This document shows, one piece after another, positions 30,186 through 37,758 of a DNA stretch of 57,794 nucleotides; position 1 is the stretch's first letter; each line of letters begins with the position of its first letter. A model generated the notes under the pieces. The model was not told the DNA's origin, did no database searches, and saw nothing but the letters and a program-made list of their open reading frames with translations. A program made the position numbers and the translations under genes. The stretch is from Crocinitomicaceae bacterium (lineage in GTDB: Bacteria > Bacteroidota > Bacteroidia > Flavobacteriales_D > Crocinitomicaceae), in the NCBI GenBank assembly GCA_045105095.1, contig JBGCDF010000302.1, positions 1 to 57,794 of the forward strand. Direction: 5' to 3'.

Positions 30186-30249
30186 AACATACAAGTAGGG
30201 TAATGGTGACCTAATGAGGATTCATTCTGAATGAGAAACGATGTAAGTT

Positions 30250-30309
30250 GGATTTCGAGAGCCTCAATCCTCTACGCAGTAACTTCGAAGGTTGAGGCTC
30301 TCGAAGTCC
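30250..30309. repeat. Second long hairpin in the same convergent intergenic region
   Basis: GGATTTCGAGAGCCTCAA (30250-30267) pairs with TTGAGGCTCTCGAAGTCC (30292-30309), 18 bp with 1 mismatch. Confidence 0.65.
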
Positions 30310-30386
30310 GATCCAAGTATCTAAGATCTCAAAAAACGAAACGCCCTAAACTACTGTCTAGAGCGCTTCATTCTAGGGTTGGTTAG

Positions 30387-31112
30387 TTAAGCCAATAATA
30401 CCCAAAGAAGCAGTGTTGAGATACACAACCAGAACCCCACTTTTCTGTGTTTTTCATACTTCCCAAGGTCTTCGTTTCCAAACTGAGCGATAGTACTTTG
30501 AACGATTCCGACAATCGCTGGGATCAGAGCGATTCTCATCGATCTTCCAATTAGTAAGAATCCATACGGGATTATCATTCCAGAGAACGAAACCATAGTG
30601 AGCGTAATGAGCGCAATTGCAAGAGATGCTGCAACAATTCCCCAAATCATACTTGAACGGGCCTTTCTTTGCGACGCAGTCAAGTCTTTCTTGTTTTTCT
30701 TCTCCTTGTCCTTCTTGGCCCTCGTTTCATCGATTTCAGATCTCGGCTTACGTTCATGCTTTACTGTAAGAGAAGAAGCCGTAGAACTAGATTCCACCTG
30801 AACTTCATTTCCATCCAATACAGGAACGGTCGGAGTTACTTCATCCAAAGAAATAGTTTCAGAAAGTGTTCTTTCGTTTTCCTCCTGAAGATTTGGTTGG
30901 ATCAAATATTCTCGATCAATGTATTTTTCCTGAAAATCAGCTTCGGCGAACGCTTGCTCTTGCTTCAATTCTGGTGTAGAACTTTTCATTCGTTTGTTGG
31001 CTACTCGGAATTTCCCTTTGGTGTATTTCCGCGAACTAAAGTTTTGTTGACTCCCGCAGGAGATTAAGAACGCTGTACTTAAGAGCACAACGCATTTCAG
31101 TGAATTTCTCAT
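30387..31112 (-). CDS. Hypothetical lipoprotein with a K/E-rich middle and C-terminal transmembrane helices
   Basis: ATG 31112 gives MRNSLKCVVLLSTAFLISCGS (lipobox). There is a charged stretch (RAKKDKEKKNKKD) and about 3 C-terminal TM helices. The track's longer start at 31178 lacks a signal-like N-terminus. Confidence 0.5.
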   Translation of the reverse strand: MRNSLKCVVLLSTAFLISCGSQQNFSSRKYTKGKFRVANKRMKSSTPELKQEQAFAEADFQEKYIDREYLIQPNLQEENERTLSETISLDEVTPTVPVLDGNEVQVESSSTASSLTVKHERKPRSEIDETRAKKDKEKKNKKDLTASQRKARSSMIWGIVAASLAIALITLTMVSFSGMIIPYGFLLIGRSMRIALIPAIVGIVQSTIAQFGNEDLGKYEKHRKVGFWLCISTLLLWVLLA

Positions 31113-31359
31113 ATGATTAATTTTTGTTTGGATCAAAACTAAACGCATGTGACCCTCCGAAATGCTAACAAAAATCAAGATACGTTAAGATAAACTAAGG
31201 AATATTAAGAGATGTTAATGCCTGTAACATTTCGTTGTTTTGACACTCGTTCGGAAAAATCGACTAGTGAGATTGTTAAACAACTGTTAATCCCTAGGAA
31301 GAAATGAACAGACCGCATGACGACTTGTACAGCAACATATAAATCTTAATATTGTGCTT

Positions 31360-32253
31360 ATGTTTTATCCAATCGCATTATTATCCTGTCTGATTTTCGC
31401 CATTTCGAATACAGCCAATTCCCAAGTTCCCCCAGTTAACAAACCGGAAACACATGTAATCGTCATGGAAGAACCCATAAAGGAAGAAGCACCTAAAAAG
31501 AAATTCAAACTGACCAAAGATATGGTGAGCATTAATCCCCTGAAAGGAAAAGAAACCGCTAAGATTGGACAACAATTGGTTTACTCAGCAAGCGTTCATG
31601 GGTCGGTTGGATACTCTGTTTCTGTGGGCAGTTCTAGTGGACTTTTCCTTCCTCTTGTAGCAACCCACTTCGAATATGATAACGAAGAGAAGGCCAAATT
31701 AAGCGGTGGAGATGCTGCCACAAAGTACTTTGTTTTTGAGGCCAAGAAAGCTGGCACCTATGAAATTCACGCTAGTCATTACTTTAGAGGTGATCTGGAA
31801 AATGACTTCATCATTACAATTACTGTTGAAGAAGAAGTGTCAACGATCAAAGAAGAGGCGCCTGAGATAAACGATGAGAAGGAAGATGCCAAACCACAAT
31901 CCAACAAATCAGATCAGAAAGTTAGGCGCAAACTAACACCAATGAAAATTGACTCGTCAGAAGGCACAAAATCAGTTAAAGTAGGCCAGCGTTTAAAGTA
32001 CTCAGCATATGTTCATGGGTCAGTTGGAGTATCAGCTACAGCAACGAGTTCAGACGATGCTGCTCTTCCACTGGTAAAAAATTACACTAGGTACGGCAAC
32101 CCGATCCGTGCACGAAGAAAGCCAGGAGGAGATTCAGCTACCGAGTACTTCGTTTTCAAGGCAAAAAAAGCAGGAACGTATACGATTCAAATACGTCATA
32201 TCTTCCGAGGAGAGTTACAGGAAGATTTCAGTATTGTCATCACGGTACTTTAA
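31360..32253 (+). CDS. Secreted protein with two tandem chagasin/ICP-like (inhibitor I42-like) domains
   Basis: Signal peptide MFYPIALLSCLIFAISNTANSQ. Two repeats of about 110 aa (nt 31501-31830 and 31924-32250), each preceded by IKEEAP: K[IV]GQ[QR]L.YSA.VHGSVG[YV]S and GGD[AS]AT[KE]YFVF[EK]AKKAGTY.I...H.FRG[DE]L..DF.I.ITV. This layout parallels chagasin (NPTTG ... GxGG ... fkA.kaGt ... RPW), but the motifs are diverged. Confidence 0.5.
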   Translation: MFYPIALLSCLIFAISNTANSQVPPVNKPETHVIVMEEPIKEEAPKKKFKLTKDMVSINPLKGKETAKIGQQLVYSASVHGSVGYSVSVGSSSGLFLPLVATHFEYDNEEKAKLSGGDAATKYFVFEAKKAGTYEIHASHYFRGDLENDFIITITVEEEVSTIKEEAPEINDEKEDAKPQSNKSDQKVRRKLTPMKIDSSEGTKSVKVGQRLKYSAYVHGSVGVSATATSSDDAALPLVKNYTRYGNPIRARRKPGGDSATEYFVFKAKKAGTYTIQIRHIFRGELQEDFSIVITVL

Positions 32254-32273
32254 ATTCGCAAAGGGTTGAATCG

Positions 32274-33716
32274 TTAATTCTTGATCACTTTGTGCGAATA
32301 ACTTCTTGAACGAACCAGATAGACTCCTCTAGGTAAATTCGTCATTAACAATCGACATTTTCCTGTGGAGTATACTCTCTCAACTTGTACTTCTTTTCCG
32401 TATAGATCAAATACCTGAATCGTCTCAATTTCGAATTCATTTCCTTCCACGAAGATATCTCCGCTGCTAGGGTTCGGATACACTTGAACTACTTCATCAG
32501 CGAACAGTTCTACTGCCTTAATTCCTGAAAAACTGAAATCTCCATTAAAATCTACTTGTCTCAATCGGTAGTATGAAATTCCCACTTCTGGAGTCATATC
32601 GATGGAACGGTAGTAAATTGGCTCTGATGAATTCCCCGCTCCTTTCACTTCATCGATTACTTCCCAATTTTCCATGTCCGTGCTTCGTTGCACGAGGAAA
32701 TAATCGTTGTCTTGCTCAGAGGCCGTCATCCAGTCCAATTCTACTGATTCATTGTCCACTGCCGAAACATCGAACTCAGCCAGCTCAATTGGAAGATTTA
32801 CCGTATTGATGACCATTTGATCGATAGAAGGTGTACAGGGGCCGTTCGATATTGTCCAACTGACAGTTGTTGTCGATCCAGGAACAAGTCCTGTAATTGC
32901 CGAATTTGGGTTCGTCGGTGTAGTAACCGTACCCGGTCCTGAAACTACTGTCCAGGCTCCCGTTCCAATGGTTGGAGCATTGGCCGCCAATGTAGTACTC
33001 GTATTCACCAGTGTACCAAAGGTTTGATCGGGTCCCGCATTCGATGCCGTTGGCTGCCTGAACACTTGAATATTTTGAGTTCTTGAACAGTAGCCAAATG
33101 TGTAAGTTATCGTGTATACTTGTGAGGCAGCACCGGGCACTGGAGCGCTAAACGTTGATCCAGAAACGCCCGTTCCAGAAAAGGTTCCTGCATCTCCAGC
33201 ATTAGCCGCTGCTCCTGTAACAGGTCCTGGGGTTGCAGTAAGTGATCTCGTATCACCCGCACACATAGATGCACTGGATGAAGTAATGACTAAATTATTG
33301 TTCTGACGGACACGAACAGTTATCGACGCTGAACCTCCAGGTTGACAATTATATTGACTGACTTGAACCCGCGTGTAATTGGTAAAGTTCGGAACGAAAG
33401 TCACCGATGATTGTAATCCTCCACAAATAGGTCCATTATCATCAACATAGAAAAAATGTGTGCCAACCACCGAGTTAAATGCTTCGTAGCCTGTCAACTG
33501 CGTATCAATAGGCGCACCACACGTCGATACAGAATATGACCCACCTTGTAAAACAGGCATTCTGAAATACCTTCCTGGACCAAAATTCGTGTAAGCTCTG
33601 AAGTTCCCGCAACCGTTGCTCGGAACCATTTCTCCATGATATGAACCACTCCGCGCACATTGTGCGAAAGGCGAAGTTTGTGTAGCGATCATTATACCAA
33701 CTACACATAAAAACAT
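32274..33716 (-). CDS. T9SS cargo protein with Ig/PKD-like repeats and a T9SS C-terminal domain
   Basis: ATG 33716 gives MFLCVVGIMIATQTSPFAQ, a signal peptide; the track start 33827 is less plausible. Cys-rich N-domain. NAGPDQT..TLAAN..GTGAWTVVSGPG segment. C-terminal VQVYPNPSSGDIFVEG...GVYLVRSRSYSHKVIKN. Confidence 0.68.
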   Translation of the reverse strand: MFLCVVGIMIATQTSPFAQCARSGSYHGEMVPSNGCGNFRAYTNFGPGRYFRMPVLQGGSYSVSTCGAPIDTQLTGYEAFNSVVGTHFFYVDDNGPICGGLQSSVTFVPNFTNYTRVQVSQYNCQPGGSASITVRVRQNNNLVITSSSASMCAGDTRSLTATPGPVTGAAANAGDAGTFSGTGVSGSTFSAPVPGAASQVYTITYTFGYCSRTQNIQVFRQPTASNAGPDQTFGTLVNTSTTLAANAPTIGTGAWTVVSGPGTVTTPTNPNSAITGLVPGSTTTVSWTISNGPCTPSIDQMVINTVNLPIELAEFDVSAVDNESVELDWMTASEQDNDYFLVQRSTDMENWEVIDEVKGAGNSSEPIYYRSIDMTPEVGISYYRLRQVDFNGDFSFSGIKAVELFADEVVQVYPNPSSGDIFVEGNEFEIETIQVFDLYGKEVQVERVYSTGKCRLLMTNLPRGVYLVRSRSYSHKVIKN

Positions 33717-34091
33717 CGTAACGAACTGATGTACAGGCTGAGATAATCGAGCCCTTGTAAGTGCTAAAAAAGTCATAAGAGTGGTTTGTAGACGGACAAA
33801 GAAAGAAAAGCGTCTGTTCAACCGCAAGTTTAAGCGTGTTAAATTTGTTCTTATCCTACTGATAATGAGTTAAATTTGATTGAACACCTCTCGGTCTTTT
33901 CGTGTAAATCTATTAGAAAGAATGCTCGATAATGCGCTATATCCCTTTGTTTATAGGTAATTCACGCAAGGTTCTCATTTTAGGTCAAATAACTCAACTA
34001 CAAAGTCCTCAAACAACTACTAATTTTTGTCTTTCTAGTCCCTTTTAGATTTAGCACTTTATGAAAAAAGTGAAAATAGCTTATCTGTGGA

Positions 34092-35384
34092 CTAATTTTC
34101 ATCCAATCGCACAAAATTTCGATGAACCCACTCATTGGCTTTAATCTGAAACCAACTTCCTTCCTCAGCTAAAACCTCAATGGTATCATTTAGTCCTAAA
34201 CTGCCTACTTTAGAAAAAGATGTCCCAGGACCTGATCTAACGTTTAGTGAAGTAACAGTCACTTTTCCAGTGCGGTTGATTTTTTCAGAGATATAAGCAC
34301 CAGACACCCATTTATCATCACCGATCTTCAACCATCCATTTCGCTCTTCAAAAATGGAAACCAATTCATTTTTACTTAATGAACCAACGATGGGTTGATT
34401 AGTGCCTGCTCCTTTTCGGACGTTTAATTTGGTGACTAATACGATTCCTTCTCGGGTAGCATCTTGTCCGACACTAATGAAATCTTTATGAACCCAGCGG
34501 TTTTCACCAATATGATACCAATCACCATCTTCCGAATAGATTATCACTTCCTCACCTCGATTCAATCGATCGACGCGGCCAAACATCGTTGAAGGACCGC
34601 TCCTGACATTTAAAGAAGATGCGTTTACACTACCTTTTCTTGTGTTTGTCGTTGCTGTGTATGGAGCAATTACATATTGTTTGGCCACCCATTCTCTATT
34701 TCCAATTCGATACCACGTCCCCACTTCTTCGTATATCGTAATCGATGTTCCTTGAGCCAACGCCCTTACTTCTCGAAAATAGGGGCCATTTCCTGTTCTC
34801 ACTGATAGACTGCTTACATTAACAACACCTGTGGAGATTGGTTGACTTTCATCTGGAAAATTACCCGTATCGAGGATTTGCTTGAACCGTTGCCAACCTT
34901 CGTCTTCACTATAGGTCATCATCTTTGGACAATCTTTCCCTGTAATATCAAAATGTCGCCAAACTTGATCGGACGTCAAGCCATACTTAGTCATTAAATG
35001 CCTTGTTAATTCTATGGTATGCTGATAGGTCTTGTCCCAATCACCATCAACATTCACACACATCTCGATGCCAATTAAAAAATTATTTGGTGAATATTCG
35101 TTACCCATAATTTGACGTGCTAAGTCAGTGTAACGCGATGACCTCGCACCTACGTGATATGCTACCTCATCTTCAGGTATTATTTGTACAATCTGATGAT
35201 CGTCAACAAAAAAATGAGCCGAAGCTTGTACTGCATGGTTTTGAAAGTAACGAAAGTGATTATCCGCATCAGAACCATGGCCAGCATTTGCCGTCCAATG
35301 AATTATGATGCCTTTGAGCGATGAAAGCTTTCTCTGTGGACGATTTGCGCTGTTTGAAATAAATGTTTCTTTTATTGAGAGCAT
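34092..35384 (-). CDS. N-acetylmuramoyl-L-alanine amidase (Amidase_2/PGRP fold) with four SH3b repeats and no signal peptide
   Basis: GIIIHWTANAG, AHFFVDD, VAYHVGA, and VWRHFDITGKDCPK (a T7-lysozyme-type Zn ligand pattern). Four repeats of about 65 aa follow, of the form LNVRSGPG....V..L..G..V.....G.W..I....WV. ATG 35384 (MLSIKETF) or 35462. Confidence 0.82.
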   Translation of the reverse strand: MLSIKETFISNSANRPQRKLSSLKGIIIHWTANAGHGSDADNHFRYFQNHAVQASAHFFVDDHQIVQIIPEDEVAYHVGARSSRYTDLARQIMGNEYSPNNFLIGIEMCVNVDGDWDKTYQHTIELTRHLMTKYGLTSDQVWRHFDITGKDCPKMMTYSEDEGWQRFKQILDTGNFPDESQPISTGVVNVSSLSVRTGNGPYFREVRALAQGTSITIYEEVGTWYRIGNREWVAKQYVIAPYTATTNTRKGSVNASSLNVRSGPSTMFGRVDRLNRGEEVIIYSEDGDWYHIGENRWVHKDFISVGQDATREGIVLVTKLNVRKGAGTNQPIVGSLSKNELVSIFEERNGWLKIGDDKWVSGAYISEKINRTGKVTVTSLNVRSGPGTSFSKVGSLGLNDTIEVLAEEGSWFQIKANEWVHRNFVRLDEN

Positions 35385-35516
35385 TGTTAATGAGTTAGTG
35401 GTTGTGTTGGCAAAGCCATATAAAATGGAAGTTGAGAAATTATTCATAAAGATGCAAATCAATTAGCATTTATTCTGTTAACTGTTATTAGCAATATCGC
35501 TTGCTTTGCAGGCCAT

Positions 35517-35624
35517 TTAAAAGGGGCTTTCCAATAGATTGTATTGGACAAAAACAGTATTGATTTCCCCGCGCACTTGGTTGAAACCTGTGCAAAAAGC
35601 GAGAACGAATAGAAGTTGTTTCAT
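35517..35624 (-). pseudogene. 35-codon remnant paralogous to the 5' end of the 36033-37595 T9SS cargo gene
   Basis: The minus strand reads MKQLLFVLAFCTGFNQVRGEINTVFVQYNLLESPF*, compared with MKRLLFVLILGLTFHICAQDTTFSKIYENTQFS. At the nucleotide level, GAACGAATAGAAGTTGTTTCATGGTATTAGATTTGGTATT resembles GGACGAATAGAAGTCGTTTCATGTTAGTGTAGGTTTCGTATT at 37572-37613. Both are followed upstream by AAACGGGCTTCG. Confidence 0.45.
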
Positions 35625-35760
35625 GGTATTAGATTTGGTATTCTAACGCCACTTCAGAGTTGAAAATAAATGGGTATAAACGGGCTTCGCGTCTTCCTAG
35701 GAGAATTGAAAGAAGAATTGACTGCTGTAATCACAGTTAAGTGATTTTAAATGAACTGAT

Positions 35761-35805
35761 TCGTTAATTCTTAATCACCTTGTAGGAATGAATTGTCGTT
35801 CAAAG
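35761..35805 (-). pseudogene. Remnant of a T9SS C-terminal-domain 3' end, paralogous to the end of the 32274-33716 gene
   Basis: TCGTTAATTCTTAATCACCTTGTAGGAATGAATTGTCGTTCAAAG resembles 32271-32315 TCGTTAATTCTTGATCACTTTGTGCGAATAACTTCTTGAACGAAC. The minus strand reads ..IHSYKVIKN*, compared with ..SYSHKVIKN*. An in-frame stop lies just upstream. Confidence 0.4.
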
Positions 35806-36032
35806 ATTAACTATCCTGGCCAAAAGCATATTTAAACAATCTGCTTTTATCATTAATCGTTTCTTCCAAACTTATCATACTCTCTGTTCTCTGTATCCCA
35901 TCAATAGAATTAATTTTAAATGGAATTACTACATTAGACTGGAGTGTCAGAAGAGATCATATGATAAGCTCATCACGCGATCTCTTTACGGGAACATAAA
36001 CGCGAGCAGAAATAGTGCTTAAGGGAAAGGTA

Positions 36033-37595
36033 TTATTTCGATAATACGAACCTCCCATTCGACCATTTTCCATCTGCATCAACCAATCTATAGTGGTAAA
36101 TTCCACTCTTCTCCTCTTCCAGGTTGAAGGTGATGAAGGAATCTTTTGCCTTAGATCGAAGTATTTCCATACCGATAGCGTTGTAAATGATCACTTCGGT
36201 ATCACGGTATCCTTCCCATTCAATGGTAAACTCGCCAAATGAAGGATTGGGTGAAACTGTTTCGTTCCACGTTCCTTCGATTTCATCTACTGAACCGAAA
36301 AAAGTAACACAATCATCATTGACAACTGAAGAGGTAAATCCACTATTCATGGATGTTTGGAATTCAGAAATACTGTCCCCAATGGAAAATGAGGTTGATT
36401 CCCCAACTATAGTCGAGTCATTCAAAATAGCATACGGGTCCGGCCATGTACACAACTGATTATCGTTCATCAGGGAATCGAACCGAATAACGGCCACTTC
36501 ACTAAAAGCAGTCTTTACGCCGTACATAGGTCCATAACCAACTGCATAGCTTCCATAATTGGGTATGTTCCGAACACTTTGAACTACCAAATACATAGTT
36601 TTACTTCCAACGAAATCAAGATTGTCATTCAATTCAAACAGCAATCCTCCACCAAAATTATCTCCACGTTGAGTGAATACGTAATTTCCATTATCTCGTT
36701 GTGTAAAGGATGGGAATACTTCACTGTTCCAGCCAGAATGGTTGATTCGTTTGATATTCGTTCCAAGTGCATCAAATTTCATGACACCTGTTGATTGTTC
36801 ATTCAAGTTCATCCAACTCACCGCAAAACCATTGGAATCTTCAATTATTTCATCGAACACAACATCTTGATATAATTTCGCCCAGTCAAACGTTCCTGAG
36901 TCGGATAGGTGAACTACATATCCACTACCGTATTGATAGTCGGTATTTCCCAGAACAGAAATAGATTGATCATGATTTTCCACGATATCTGCGACATAAA
37001 ATGTACTGTCAACTACGAATGAATTCGTCCACATAAGATTTCCATCTAAGGAAATTTTCGAAACACATAATTGATCAGGAGTACTTGAAATACTCGGTGA
37101 ATGGTGCCACGCCATAAGAATTGAAGAATCGCTAGCTTCGCAAACGTATGGATTTGCATCAGTAATCTTGTCATAATTACCCGTTGTAGGTGTGTTAAAA
37201 TCAAAATTCTTCATCCAAAGAAAGTCGCCTTGGTCGTTTACCTTCATACAAATAGGAAAGTACTCGGAACCTGTGCCGAATACTAAACCTGATAATAGGT
37301 AACAGGTATCTGAGGTTGCAGCAATGTCGTTAATAAATAACCCATTCGGAGAACTGGGCCCATCAAAAGACTTCTCCCAAGAGTACATCCCGTTCGGTGA
37401 GGTTCTAAGCAAAATTACGTTGCCTTCTGCAAGATTTTTCGAAACGGTTACTAATCCACCATCCAGAGCCACGGCCGCTGTGACTGGTTGAACATCACTA
37501 AATTGAGTATTCTCATATATTTTGGAGAATGTTGTGTCTTGTGCGCAAATGTGAAAGGTTAACCCAAGGATCAGGACGAATAGAAGTCGTTTCAT
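36033..37595 (-). CDS. T9SS cargo protein of unknown function (possibly a beta-propeller-like body) with a T9SS C-terminal domain
   Basis: Signal peptide MKRLLFVLILGLTFHICAQ. C-terminal VSPNPSFGEFTIEWEG...GIYHYRLVDADGKWSNGRFVLSK. Confidence 0.68.
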   Translation of the reverse strand: MKRLLFVLILGLTFHICAQDTTFSKIYENTQFSDVQPVTAAVALDGGLVTVSKNLAEGNVILLRTSPNGMYSWEKSFDGPSSPNGLFINDIAATSDTCYLLSGLVFGTGSEYFPICMKVNDQGDFLWMKNFDFNTPTTGNYDKITDANPYVCEASDSSILMAWHHSPSISSTPDQLCVSKISLDGNLMWTNSFVVDSTFYVADIVENHDQSISVLGNTDYQYGSGYVVHLSDSGTFDWAKLYQDVVFDEIIEDSNGFAVSWMNLNEQSTGVMKFDALGTNIKRINHSGWNSEVFPSFTQRDNGNYVFTQRGDNFGGGLLFELNDNLDFVGSKTMYLVVQSVRNIPNYGSYAVGYGPMYGVKTAFSEVAVIRFDSLMNDNQLCTWPDPYAILNDSTIVGESTSFSIGDSISEFQTSMNSGFTSSVVNDDCVTFFGSVDEIEGTWNETVSPNPSFGEFTIEWEGYRDTEVIIYNAIGMEILRSKAKDSFITFNLEEEKSGIYHYRLVDADGKWSNGRFVLSK

Positions 37596-37670
37596 GTTAG
37601 TGTAGGTTTCGTATTTATGAAACGGTTCTTCTCTTTCTTTGGTTGGAAATAATTACAGTATTTAAATAAA

Positions 37671-37745
37671 ACGGGCTTCGACTTCGCTCAGCCCTCCATT
37701 GGTATCTAAAGTTGATCCCGAGGGCTGAGCGGAGTCGAAGCCCGC
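37671..37745. repeat. REP-like palindromic element, copy 2; likely also the ileS terminator hairpin
   Basis: ACGGGCTTCGACTTCGCTCAGCCCTC (37671-37696) pairs with GAGGGCTGAGCGGAGTCGAAGCCCGC (37720-37745), about 25 bp. The loop contains AAAGTTGA. It sits 14 nt downstream of the ileS stop. Confidence 0.7.
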
Positions 37746-37758
37746 AATAAATCTTTAA

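Noticed and set aside
30117-30309. CRISPR array or tRNA-like structures in the hairpin-rich spacers (also 37671-37745 and 56288-56487)
   Set aside because: The repeats are inverted rather than direct, occur as single palindromes without regularly spaced unique spacers, and do not fold into cloverleaf dimensions. No cas genes are present.
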